NCBI GenBank assembly: GCA_040437565.1 | Contig: JBDOQK010000011.1 | Location: 1 to 64,000, forward strand | Direction of reading: 5' to 3' | Length of the DNA stretch: 64,000 nt | Source of the DNA: Albugo candida | Lineage: Eukaryota | Shown here: positions 37,918 through 51,057 of the stretch, one piece after another | How the letters are laid out: every line of letters begins with the position of its first letter | Numbering within the stretch: the first letter of the stretch is position 1 | Translations under genes and position numbers: made by a program | The notes under the pieces: model-generated | The model's database searches: none | What the model was told of the DNA's origin: nothing | The model's input: only the letters and a program-made list of their open reading frames with translations

Positions 37918-39040
37918 ATGCAAACTAGTGTGTGCGATAATCAGGAACCTCTTTCGCGTTCGACACTTCGAGCATGTGTCAGTGACCGCACCAGCTCGAT
38001 GTATGAGCTGGTTTGCTTGGTTATAAGATTGAAGCAGCGTAGCTGCGCATCTGATGCTTCTGATGGCCGCAAATTTGGTGTGCGACAACAAATATTATAG
38101 CTTTCCGTTGTTCTGTCAAAGCATCCTGTATGACCAGTGTAAAAGGCATGGTAAGACACGCACACAAATCCGACGACGCTTTTATTGCTACTCAGATGAC
38201 GAGACAGCTTATTTTTCCTTAATCGAGCAATTGCATCAACCGACGCGCTCAATTTATCAACACACCTGCCTTCAAGTCCCATTGTCAGCGTTGCATGCCC
38301 TCTGACCGCAGTTTGATGAATTGCGTGCAGTCATTGCATGACGTAGAGGATGATTATCAGCTTACTGTGATTGGTTATGAGCACGGTTGCGGTCCATCCG
38401 GAATAATGAGAGTGAATCGACATAGTACGACACTAACTATTGGAGACCCATTACTTCTTCACATGCGACGTTGTATAAGATTGCATCTTATTAAGAACAC
38501 AAGCACCATCACTGCATACTACTGAACTTCTATGCAATTGAGATAGGCCGACGAAACTTACAAAAAGAAGAAACTGATGTATTTCGTCCAGATGTTTAAT
38601 CATTTTGGTAATTTAGATTGTTTGTACCCGTCCGAAGAACTTTTGATGATTCTTCAAGGGTACAGATGAGCAAAAAACCGGCAAAGTGGCGTGTGTCGGC
38701 CTTGAAGAAGATCCATATAGGGTTGCAGTGGCAATTGTACCTGCTACAAATTTTATACTCATGGTCAAGGCAGCTTGATCGAGATATATTTCGTACAGGT
38801 CTGCGAAATCTCTCTTCTAGAAGTGCGAAAAAAAGCGGCTTGACAAATGACAGATATGTAGAATCTTGTAGAATCCTTTACTTGACGCGTCTTGATAGCA
38901 GTGAATCATGTAACAGCTTCGATCGCGCAGACATGCGGAATAATCATTTGCAAGGTCAATGGCCGATACTAAATGGTAGTTTAGCATTGTTGACGTCAAA
39001 GGAACCTTTCAAGTTGTTATATAGTCTAATTAGTTCTTGA
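37918..39040 (+). CDS. Possible uncharacterised multi-exon gene
   Basis: Consecutive plus-strand ORF segments (37918-38100, 38054-38305, 38618-39040) within the gene-dense block. Structure unresolved. Confidence 0.3.
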
Positions 39041-39462
39041 AAACTCATTCAACACGGGAAATGAAAAGTGTTGTCTTGCAAGTTGGATTTACAAGATTGA
39101 TATGAAATATGCCGCAATCAAAGTCGGAGGCGCAGTTGAAGAAGAGATACCAATGCTCCCCTTCAAATAACTGAGCGATGATCTCCCGTTGATGCTAGCG
39201 TCGAGAATTTCTTTTGTATTTATCTGGCACCAAAAACGTAAGCGAAAGACGTTCATTCTTGAGACATCTAGTTCAGTATGTCTCGAAAATAACCGGTACA
39301 TAAGTGTGGTCTCCAAGATANNNNNNNNNNNNNNNNNNNNNNNNNNNNNNNNNNNNNNNNNNNNNNNNNNNNNNNNNNNNNNNNNNNNNNNNNNNNNNNN
39401 NNNNNNNNNNNNNNNNNNNNTCTCGAAAATAACCGGTACATAAGTGTGGTCTCCAAGATAGG

Positions 39463-40191
39463 ATGGCACTAGATTGGCACCCCGCACACATATTGCTCCA
39501 GCTGAAGGAAATCCCTGACGTTCCTGATGCCGTGGATTGTGCGTACGATGAAGAAGCTGTCGCATTATATAGTAATGTGATGAAAGCGGTGCGAAGATTC
39601 TTCTCAAAAGATATACTCAAGTACGAAGATTTTAAAATCAATTCACGTCTGGTCGGAAATAATTTCATGGAAGCTCACGAATATGTTGACTATCTTGCAA
39701 AGGCATTTGGAGGATTGCGTATGCTACTGCTGATACCTTGCTTGATAATGATACAACCAGATCCCATCAAGAGAACTCTTCTTTTAACCGCAGCCCGCTT
39801 GTATCGCACACGTAATTTGGCAAGTTTGAAACAGCGCTGCCATGCGGAATCTCAATCAGAAAAGCAGAATTTGAGCGCCGTGGAAAATAATCTACGAAGT
39901 CAGCATTCTTTCGCATTGGAGAATGAGCAATCGAATGCTACACCTACAGACATAACACTGGTTCTATCTCAGTCAGATGCGAGAAATGTTTCGAATAAGT
40001 CAGTAGCATGTGATGTCGAGTCGCATAAAAAAGTGCAAATGGAAGACCAATTGATGAGTAAACATGTGAAAATGAACACAGTTCCGACTTCAATTATAGA
40101 GCGTCAAGCTAACCCTCCACCGCCGAGAAATTTGTTCCAACTGGCTTCTGACTCCAACTCAGACTCAGACTCAGACTTTGGATCACCGTGA
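39463..40191 (+). CDS. Hypothetical protein with an N-terminal helical domain (weakly ZNF598/Hel2 PAH-like) and an acidic tail
   Basis: 242-aa ATG-initiated ORF. FKINSR...YVDYLAKAFG...IP.L...PD..K pattern, ending SDSNSDSDSDF. Confidence 0.7.
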   Translation: MALDWHPAHILLQLKEIPDVPDAVDCAYDEEAVALYSNVMKAVRRFFSKDILKYEDFKINSRLVGNNFMEAHEYVDYLAKAFGGLRMLLLIPCLIMIQPDPIKRTLLLTAARLYRTRNLASLKQRCHAESQSEKQNLSAVENNLRSQHSFALENEQSNATPTDITLVLSQSDARNVSNKSVACDVESHKKVQMEDQLMSKHVKMNTVPTSIIERQANPPPPRNLFQLASDSNSDSDSDFGSP

Positions 40192-41515
40192 GATCGCATC
40201 CAGGATGACTTCCGTATATTCCGTTGATGAAGCGCTTGTCCAAGGCTTCCTTACTGTAGAAATAAAAAATAATAAAGAAGTCATTGAACCAGAGAACGGG
40301 AAATTTCATACGGTAGGACGTGTTATCCTTTTTCTATCTCGTAAATACCTATTTTGACGATTACATCACAGGAATACATAGTGCACAGCACATGGAAACA
40401 GCAGAATGGTTACACAGTAGTAAGACATATGTAATCGGAAAAAATTTGGTCGACTATATGAGCGTCTATTTAGGATTGGGAAGTCAGTCGCCGTTATCGT
40501 GAATTCTGCGCTATCGATATTTTAGTACCGTGACCGTCAAATACACTCCTGGATATATCTAATCAGCTACACTTCCATCTAGCTGCGTGAAAAGCATCCA
40601 TCACATGCGCCACTGTTTCCAATTCTCCCGAGTAAAACATTATTTGGGTCATCTCTATCGACGGATTTGATCGACAAGCGACAACGCGATCTCGGTATCT
40701 ATATTGTATCCATGCTGAAAAGCACACCGCTAGTGAGTTTTCTCGAATGTCCCTTTCATGTTTAAGGTTTTGCTAACACGCATTCAAGCTTGTACAAGAT
40801 GAGATAATCGATTCATTTTTGGAGATTCGAAGACATATACTTCAAGATGCGCGACAAAGGCAGCTAATAAAGCCAATCAAAACGGGTGTTAATGAAGTAA
40901 ACACTGGATTATTTGGGGTGTGACGGTGTGTATAAAATGACAACAGCGCTCAGTAAAATCATGTATTTTACGAACAGCTCAAATAATTCTAAATGAATCA
41001 AAATTTCACGTGCATACGGCATCAATCAGTCAAGAGTGAACACGACGAACCGGCGAACGTTCACAAGTGCTCATCTTCGGCTCATGTAAAGCGCAAAAGT
41101 ATAAAAATAATTGAATACATAGGACCTGAGGTGGTCCACATTGGCGGCAATTATCTGCAAGTTCAAATCAGACAGGGATACTAAGCAGTGCCATGATTTA
41201 GCCTTACACCATTGTTGACTGCACAGCAGAAAATACATACGGCCGAAGAAATCAGATCTCGGAAGGGTGCTCGATTTATCAGCTATCGAAGTCGTTTGTA
41301 TGTTCCGTACTCGTGTCAGTGTAATGAGCAAGCACGTCTAGTAACAGAAAAAAGACTTGTACACTCATTGCATTAAACATTCGTGTCAATCATCAAAGCA
41401 GATACGCCTTCTTATTGTGACGTTTGAATAAGTGCTTCTTACGATATGTACGAAAAAGTATGAATTTATCTATACAATATGCTAGTTCTATTTACTTGCA
41501 ACAGAGCAAACATTG

Positions 41516-44500
41516 TTACTGAAAAAGCTCAGCGGGATACAAACTCGGTTCTAGCTCTTCTTCAGCAAGAAAGCGTAGTGGGAACTGCACAATGTTACCC
41601 TGTATATGTGATAACTGATTCAAAGTCTTCTTAATGTCGATTGAGTGCGCCTTATCAGCACCGACTTGACCAATTCGCGGTGATGTGTGCTCAATATCTG
41701 AGCTTGACGTTGACACTAAAGGAATAATCGGAACATCGTGTTGACTCGTGCTGAGATTTTTCGGCACTTTGATATTGCTTCCCGAAACTTCAACCACTCT
41801 AGCTGTTATCGTATCAGACTGGATAACTTCATCTTTTCCCACGGACGAACTTATTTGAGATGAATCCATTTGATTCGAATTCGTCCCTTCTTGTTTTGCA
41901 GATTTGATTTGGCTGAATTTCGATATATTTTCGGTAGGAATACACGCGAAAACGCTCTCGTAGATCTGCGAATTCATCTTTGCGTGTTTCTGTATTCTGA
42001 TCCAAGTTTGTTTCCGTACTGGATCCATGTAGTCTTCATAATGCCGTGTCCCAGCGACAATTCCAAAATGTTCTTCGAAAAGCTTCATACGAAAAGAATG
42101 GCAGAACTTACCCACGGATATAGTGCCATCCGCTATTTTGATATTCTCATCATATTCCGTGTCCTCAATCGTTACTGCAATCTCAGAGTCACGGTCACCA
42201 CGCAAGCTTCGTTCATTGATATTTGCCGATCCAATTATACATTGACGATCATCCACGATCATCATCTTGTTATGAATATATATTTGTTCAGTGTGTAGCC
42301 GCTCCTGTTGACAATGATATTTTCGAAGTCCATAGAAGGTGATGTACTCGAACGGATCGTCTAGTTCTTGTGACAAAATATGATAAATTGAATTCTTCCC
42401 TCGGCTGATACTACGATATTGCCAATACATAACGCCCCGCAAACTATAAGCTTCTTTTTCTTGCGGCTGACCTGGAAATGCAGGAAGAAGTGGCATGAGT
42501 ATCATCACACAAAACTTCTCGCGATTGGCCGCCGCACGCCGAATGCGCTCAACCAGAGCACCGGCAACTCGATTGGAGCAGGACGGATCACCTTCGACCC
42601 CCGACACAAAAAACTGATTCTCAATATAAATGAAATGTCTGGCTGATGAGATAAGACGAATGTAAGCGTTTTGTATGCTTTTCTCGGTTGCACAGCCACC
42701 AGACCAAAATGATAAGCTCCGTACAATTTGACACACGCATGGGTAACCCTTTTGATTGATCATTTCGTCGTGGCTGATTGTGTGTGCACCGGTGGTGTTG
42801 TCTACAAGATCAGACGATGTCTTCTTTGTCACTTGTATTTCTTTGCATCTTTCTTCCAACTTTTGACCATCTATAGCTTCATTTATCGAGCAATATGCAC
42901 TTCTCTGATGTTTCGTAGACTCCAGGTCTTTTCTCGGGACTAGGTGGTTCAACTTCTCTGTCTTGTGTCTTGTTGTCACCGCAAAGTTCCACCGGAGTAT
43001 GAAATGACGAGCTACATCACGTGCTGGATGACCCTCAAGACGACAATGGCAGTCATGCCAAGGCATTCTTGGATACAATGAACGATCCATTAGATCCACA
43101 TCTGGCTGATCAACATAAACGAAGTCTTTGATACGTGGGTTGGAATAATCCTTTCCATCAAAGTTGGTCTCGCTCGATTTCTCGTCAAACAATCTGTGTT
43201 CAGTAGTATCCCATCTTCCAAAACACAAGTCCAGTCCACCAACGAAAGCCACATTTTGATCGATACAGACGATTTTTTCATGATGCGACCAAAGCCCGAA
43301 CTCTTTCATTGAGAAATCGGGGTCTCTCAAGACTTGCACATTTGGATGCAAGCAGCTGAATATACCTTTTGAGTACAAACTATTGAGAGGTAAGGCCATT
43401 GCGACTTCTTTATACATGAGGATATACACCTACAGATAGAGTGATTCACAAACAAAAGAGTTTCATTACAACAATGCTGACCTTGACACCTTCTTCGGCC
43501 TTTCGTTTAAGTATCAAGTCTAATCTTGTGTGTGGATATTTCACACTCGGACGCAGTAAATGGATGCTGGGACATATCCACCATCCGTGGATAAATATTT
43601 CCTCCGTCGCGGAACACACACCGTGGTAGATCGCTGCATATGTATCCTCTCCATCGATGTACCACTTGGCAAATGAATTTCCATTTCGTGGATAACGAGT
43701 AATCGCAAACGAATCATCACGATGAAACTGTGTCCAGGGACTTTGAGTCGTAACATCTCGTATCTTTGCGGCCCAATCGAAGATTACTCGATTTGATTTT
43801 GCTTCAAGTTCCAAGCGATACGATGAATTGAATATGAGTATTTCGTTGTCTTCATCCAGGGATTTGTGATTATTTCCGAAGTGGAAATGGGGATCAAATA
43901 AAAATGTTCCATGCGCGGATTCGTCCTATTCAGATGATGATAAGTTGGATGTGAAGCTGCTTTTATGATCATTCAGAGAATCATACCTCTGGTGACAAAT
44001 AAATTGCGATGGAAGATTGTCTTAATACTACCCAGCACCGCTTTTTGGCGATCATATTGTGAAGTGGTTTCAAAACACACAAGCAACTCAAAAGTGAGTT
44101 ATCCACGTTAGTGAGGGTATGATGTTTGGAAAAGAAATTCTGACAAAGTATCAAACGAACACGTAGCCAGCCTTCTTTTATGGAAGTTTTTCCATCAACC
44201 TTATGAAAGGTAGTTTTGCTTACTTGTAGGAATTTGTTTACAACGGGAGAATGCAGAAATGTAGGAACTCGTACAACTGAATTGAGGTACACTTCGATGA
44301 ACTTTGTGCTGGCAGATTCCACCCACGTGCTTGAATTAGAAATCAAAAGCTTCCCGAGTTGCGGAAAACGCTTGGTTATATCATCTCGATAGCTGTCAGA
44401 ATCGTTTGATTGGTTGCTGAGCGTGGAAATCGACCGAATGTAATGTGGTTTTCGTTTGCTTTGGAACCATAGACTGTAGATAGCTGCTTTAGAAATCTGG

Positions 44501-44763
44501 ATCTGCCATTCATAGTCCTTGTATTGTATCAATAACGTGTATTCGACATGACTATGGGACCAGGACCGCATGATGCGGGCATTGATCACTTTGATGGTTG
44601 GAGCTTCTTCAAAGACTTGCATCTCAAATTTATCATTAGCGTGAGCAAACGAAAGAGAAAATGATAGATTGGATATCAACGAGTTTTTTCGTGATACAAT
44701 ATCATTTGTTCTTGATTGCAATTTATCTAAACATCGCGGTGCAGAGTTTCGTGCTTCTTCCAT
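41516..44763 (-). CDS. PLD: Phospholipase D, PX/PH type (PLD1/2-like), 3 exons
   Basis: Exons ~44763-43987, 43925-43482 and 43429-41516. Two HKD motifs (HHEKIVCID, HNKMMIVDD), plus RMPWHD, IYIENQFF and GSANINERS...RDSE. Confidence 0.95.
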
Positions 44764-44871
44764 TCAGTCCGAATTATCGTCTGACTCTATTAGACTTGGT
44801 CAATGTATGCTCTATACATCATTGTGGCTTGATGGTACATTGTACCAGTTTTTGACATCATTGCATGAAAA

Positions 44872-47270
44872 ATGTATCATGATATAAAGCCCAAATGGCG
44901 AGGGATATATGCTTTTGATGATGAAGAAACACCAGAATGGAGAAAAGCTCTGTTTTTGGGCTTTGGTAATGAGAGTGATGGATCGATACCGAAATTTGCG
45001 ACCAAATTAGAATGCAAGAAATTCGTCAGAACAGTTTGTTGGCGCGGCTCAAATCCTGATTATCCCGATTTGCAGCATATCGTTTCTACTCTTGTAGATT
45101 GGAATCAGGTGTGATCTCTGTTTTATTTTTATTCGTTATGTTTTCATTATTTTCTTTTAGATAGAGTCCATTTTGATCAGTAAAATGGAAGAATATGATC
45201 GATTGTACCCATTTCTCCCTCCGCGAGCTAATCAGAATTCAGAAAAACTCAACACAAAAGACCAAATCATCAAACGACTTGATTTGCCATTCCACAAATT
45301 GGTATTAAAATCAGCTGCTTAATGTCTATATGATGTAAAGTAAAAGAGTGTCTAGATAACTCGAGAGTCAAGCATTAACACTCTCAAGCACGCATATGAA
45401 CATACCCGATATGGTATATTCGTCATGATTCGACGAAGCAAAGTCGTTCTGTTTGTACCTTTCACCAACAAAGCAAGTGTTGTTGTCATGTTGGTTGGTT
45501 TGCTCATTACTCATAGCACTCGTTTATCATAGAATCGTGGTCACTACAAAGAGACGAGTAAACATAGCGCTACTACCAACCACAGCCAGGGTACTAAACA
45601 AGAATCTCGTATCGAAGATCCTGATTAACACTTTTTTGTAGCTTCAAAATACCAGCAAAAGCAAAATAGCACGGATGAAGAACAGTTTGTACATGATCGG
45701 TGCATTATTCAATTACGCGACATGTACTCGGTCACACTTCTGCTACTGCTGTTTCTCATGAATTCGTCGTCAGGCTTGAGGATAGCTGCAAGCATCGCGA
45801 TATTCCAGATTGCGAATTTTTGATCAATAAAGAAGATGCTCCAATTCTAAAGGTTTGATTGTTCTTATAATATCTGAATGGTCAGTAAACAATCGATCGC
45901 AGGTTGATCCAGAGGAGTCAATAGTCAATGATAAGCAACCTGAACTGAACATTCGGTCATCGACACGACTTCAATATCAAAGCTATGCTCCAGTAATGAG
46001 TGTCCGTACATCTGAGAGGTTGATTCATTTCATAAACTGTCTTTCCTGATTCATACTGATGTTTCATACTATGCAGCCATGCAGATATTCCATTTCCAAG
46101 CTCACTTGATTGGGAAAGCGCAACTGGACTGTACTTTCCTCAAACATTCTTCCATTCTCACTGTGATGCTTGTGCATGTGGAAAGAGTAATATTTGCGAG
46201 AGCAATTGGGAATGTTATTGCTCTGGAGACACAATAAGTAAAAAACATGGACTTCAGGTGTGATATTCTCTTCAAATCAGACCTTCTCTGATCAATTTAT
46301 CGTTCAGGGAAATTATGACGAATCAAGTCATTATGGTTTTGCAGAAAATTTGGTGTCGTGGGATGTGAAACAAAATACGACTCTCTTTTTAGGTGAAGTT
46401 CTGATGAGCGACACCAATGCGGAGACAAATCCTTGTTCACAAATATTAAATCTCAGGGATCATTGGAAGGAAATACCAGATTATAACGGTCAAGTGTCCG
46501 GAGATGGTGTCCCATTTCTTGATGCACAATTATTATCTCACAGTGGCACAGAAACGTTAGAGTCAAACTTTAAGATTCAGAAATTCAAGTACATTCTCCA
46601 TGTTGAAGGTTACTCGGCTATAAGCTATGCAACTCTACTGCAATCGGATTGTGTGATTCTGAAAGCCGCGTCATCTTTTATCGTCAGAGAACTATGGTAT
46701 TTTCCATTACTGCATCCATTTGAAGACCATGTTCCCATCCGATCTGATTTATCAGATCTCGCGGAGAAGATACACTGGTGTCGAGACAATGATGAAAAAT
46801 GCCGCGATATTGCAGCATGTGCCCGCCAAGCGTACAAAAATTGTATCTCAAAAAGCACTATTCATGATTATCTTGAGCTAACATGCACAGCTATTGCCAA
46901 GCGATTTACACCAGCTCCAAAATGGTATAATCGGCCACAAAAATTCATTTCGAAGCCTCAGTATGCACCTCACGGCACATTTTGCGTGGTAGGACAAAAT
47001 CCAAAATACTGCAAACGTTGCTTGGAGCTCAAGGAAGAAGGAACAAGTCGACATGCAGCAGAGTTGCGAAAGGATATGACGAAGGGGAGTTACCACGTCA
47101 GGGACAAGCGAAAGCACAAGAGAGGAAATACAAATCATCAGAATAAAATGAAACAGAGTCTCGACCGTGGACATTCGATAGAGCACGCAAATTCTGAACA
47201 TAACCAAATACAACAATGTCGTCGCTGTCGACGCTTAAAGACAGTTTGCAGCTGCAGAGATCGACGTTAA
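44872..47270 (+). CDS. Glycosyltransferase family 90 (CAP10/POGLUT-like) domain protein, multi-exon
   Basis: FKYILHVEG...LWYFPLLHPFEDHVPIRSDLSDLAEKIHWCRDNDEKCRDIA signature. Upstream exons include IPDCEFLINKEDAP and ADIPFPSSLDWE. The 3' part is duplicated at 47440-48174. Confidence 0.85.
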
Positions 47271-48400
47271 AGATACAAAGAATGGATACAAATGATATTG
47301 TTGATGTGTTGCTGTTCAAAACGTATACAAAAGGTGTCCNNNNNNNNNNNNNNNNNNNNNNNNNNNNNNNNNNNNNNNNNNNNNNNNNNNNNNNNNNNNN
47401 NNNNNNNNNNNNNNNNNNNNNNNNNNNNNNNNNNNNNNNTCTCACAGTGGCACAGAAACGTTAGAGTCAAACTTTAAGATTCAGAAATTCAAGTACATTC
47501 TCCATGTTGAAGGTTACTCGGCTATAAGCTATGCAACTCTACTGCAATCGGATTGTGTGATTCTGAAAGCCGCGTCATCTTTTATCGTCAGAGAACTATG
47601 GTATTTTCCATTACTGCATCCATTTGAAGACCATGTTCCCATCCGATCTGATTTATCAGATCTCGCGGAGAAGATACACTGGTGTCGAGACAATGATGAA
47701 AAATGCCGCGATATTGCAGCATGTGCCCGCCAAGCGTACAAAAATTGTATCTCAAAAAGCACTATTCATGATTATCTTGAGCTAACATGCACAGCTATTG
47801 CCAAGCGATTTACACCAGCTCCAAAATGGTATAATCGGCCACAAAAATTCATTTCGAAGCCTCAGTATGCACCTCACGGCACATTTTGCGTGGTAGGACA
47901 AAATCCAAAATACTGCAAACGTTGCTTGGAGCTCAAGGAAGAAGGAACAAGTCGACATGCAGCAGAGTTGCGAAAGGATATGACGAAGGGGAGTTACCAC
48001 GTCAGGGACAAGCGAAAGCACAAGAGAGGAAATACAAATCATCAGAATAAAATGAAACAGAGTCTCGACCGTGGACATTCGATAGAGCACGCAAATTCTG
48101 AACATAACCAAATACAACAATGTCGTCGCTGTCGACGCTTAAAGACAGTTTGCAGCTGCAGAGATCGACGTTAAAGATACAAAGAATGGATACAAATGAT
48201 ATTGTTGATGTGTTGCTGTTCAAAACGTATACAAAAGGTGTCCGTCAAAGCTTGATGGATAGATAAAAGCAAGATACCCAATTATCTGATGTATGATGCA
48301 CAACCATTCTAGTACCCATCCGCATCATCACTTGAATGCACCAGTCTCATTAAAGTGATAGAAGACCCCTCCTCCACATCCTGTATTATTGGAGCAGTAC

Positions 48401-50971
48401 TCAGACCTCGATGGTTGAGTTACTTTGCAGACTGCATCGTGATGTATCTTCCATGCTGACTTCAAGCAACTTTTCAAGCTGTAAATTTTTGCTGTGTCCT
48501 TGAGTAATTCCTTGTGAAGAGATTCGTATGCTGCAGTATATGATACTTGCCCACTCCATACACTCTTCTTGATTTGATGCCTGTAGCACCAACTTATCAT
48601 TTGGAGATCGGACAATCACAATACAATGCTGACGATCCGGTACATTGATCAGATTCATGTAGCATCCATACAATGTAAAAGCCTTGCGTGGTTTAAGAGC
48701 GCTGACATCCATGCTCGAATCGCGATTAGCTTTCTGAGTTTTCTTGTAGTATCGAATTTCCCCATTTGAGACCACGATCACACGCTCTTTCCAATTCTCC
48801 AATCCTGAGCGCGATTTCTTGATCATTGATCCCATCTTGAATGGAGGGGCTATGAAGTACAGCGTCAATGGGAAGTGAGAGGTCTGCAGTAAATCCCTGG
48901 ATTCTACATACGTAAATGATAAAATATTTTTGTCATTCACACCCACTAGTTGACTACCGATTGGTATACTTTTTCCAGGACAAGCTGTTACCACTACTGC
49001 TTCTGTTTTCCGTTCCATGACTATATCGATCTCACTTGATTTGCTGTATGTGGCATAAAAACTAATCATTGGAATCTCTTCTGCACGTTTGACCACTAGA
49101 ACCAACAGGATTTGCTCTAGTGGTCAAACGTGCAGAAGAGATTCCAATGATTAGTTTTTATGCCACATACAGCAAATCAAGTGAGATCGATATAGTCATG
49201 GAACGGAAAACAGAAGCAGTAGTGGTAACAGCTTGTCCTGGAAAAAGTATACCAATCGGTAGTCAACTAGTGGGTGTGAATGACAAAAATATTTTATCAT
49301 TTACGTATGTAGAATCCAGGGATTTACTGCAGACCTCTCACTTCCCATTGACGCTGTACTTCNNNNNNNNNNNNNNNNNNNNNNNNNNNNNNNNNNNNNN
49401 NNNNNNNNNNNNNNNNNNNNNNNNNNNNNNNNNNNNNNNNNNNNNNNNNNNNNNNNNNNNNNGAAGTACAGCGTCAATGGGAAGTGAGAGGTCTGCAGTA
49501 AATCCCTGGATTCTACATACGTAAATGATAAAATATTTTTGTCATTCACACCCACTAGTTGACTACCGATTGGTATACTTTTTCCAGGACAAGCTGTTAC
49601 CACTACTGCTTCTGTTTTCCGTTCCATGACTATATCGATCTCACTTGATTTGCTGTATGTGGCATAAAAACTAATCATTGGAATCTCTTCTGCACGTTTG
49701 ACCACTAGAGCAAATCCTGTTGGTTCTTCAATAGTTTTTTGCCTTCCAAACCCACATTGTGCTCGTTGCAACGCTTCTATCCATTCATGCATTTCAGTCT
49801 CCGTTTCAGCATTCAAATGCAATTCTTTTGTGTGGCTCATATTACTTATCACAAAATAATTCTTTCTTCCATCTGGACAGCATGTCATACCAGGACTCAC
49901 AACAGTTCCATTTAAAGCTATAGCACCTCTCATAAGCTTTCTGTTTTCTGTAAAATACTGCAGTTGGCCATTTTCAACCCGAAAAAAGCGTTTCTTCCAA
50001 TTCTTTTTCAGATGACCGCGTTTCCATAAGAAACCATCTCTTCGTATCAATTCATCAGATTGGTGGAGGTTTTGCCAATGATGGGGAGTGTCTTTATCTC
50101 GGATAAGATAAGGAACTGTATTTCGTGATAGGTCGATTTGTTCCAGTGTACCAACACCAACGGATTTTAAGCCCGCAATCCATTGATTCATTACCTTTCT
50201 CGACGGAGTAGAGAACAAGGTTGCTCGAACTGAGGTCGAAAGTAAAAACACATGTCTTTTTTCAGTCAAATTCAATTGAACAGAGACTTGTGCACCTGAA
50301 TCATGGCCAACATTGAGCGTTCCTTTGAGCTTCTTCATCCCTTCATCAACGTAGAAAGACAAAACTCCATCATCTCGGAGTACAAAATATTGCCAATTCC
50401 ATGCTTTCAACTGTTGACCGCATTTTTCCATCCAACCTTTCATGACAGTACACATATCATATTCGCGAGCTGTATGTATCTGTGCAATAACAGAATCCGA
50501 CATTGAGGATCTCAGATCATCTAAAGAAAGATTATCATCTGCACTAGAGGTATTTAAAGTGTCTTGTGATATATGGGGAGGTAATTTTCCATGATCAATG
50601 AGTGATTTGACAGTCAAATTACTGCATTCTTCATCGGTTTGATAACGTGAACGTCGTACAGAATCGGAATCTATTATATCCTGGTGGTGTAGCCATTGAA
50701 CCCTTTCTATACTGTCGATATATCTCTTTCGTTGCTTCTTCTTCATCTCATCTGCGTTTACACTCGTAGAGGTGGTATTGGATGGATCACTTACAGTTGA
50801 ATGAAAATCATCAAGATCTATGTCATCCCTCGATACAAAAGAGCTACTGATAATCGAAGAATTACATCTTCTTCTAGTATTTGTGCTTGTTGTTGAAGGC
50901 TGTACTTGTCGTTGAATGCCCGTGTTTTGCTGTGTATTCGCAGTCGAACGAAACCAGCTTTTAATCGTCAT
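48401..50971 (-). CDS. Multi-PH-domain protein (PH-PH-PDZ-like-PH), broken by a gap and a fold-back artefact
   Basis: PH motifs KGWMEKCG..WNWQYFVL, DGFLWKRGH..KNWKKRFF and GSMIKKSR...NWKER. PDZ-like IPIGSQLVGVND. The two ORFs overlap identically around 48854-49100 and 49463-49709. Confidence 0.85.
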
Positions 50972-51057
50972 CAATACGTATTCAGACACCAGCTTATTAC
51001 AAACTGATAGAAATTCATCTGCATTACGCCTGACAAGATATTAATACATACAGGATC

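Noticed and set aside
35257-37981. Two PP5 paralogues, the first frameshifted at ~35321-35340
   Set aside because: The second copy starts at a gap edge and is otherwise identical. The short garbled patch in the first copy looks like a consensus error, and a single intact gene is more parsimonious.
40200-41400. Possible small spliced gene on the minus strand
   Set aside because: Splice-like signals are visible, but I could not build a consistent reading frame or recognise a product.
49120-49524. Plus-strand PDZ-like ORF
   Set aside because: It is a product of the fold-back artefact of the minus-strand gene.
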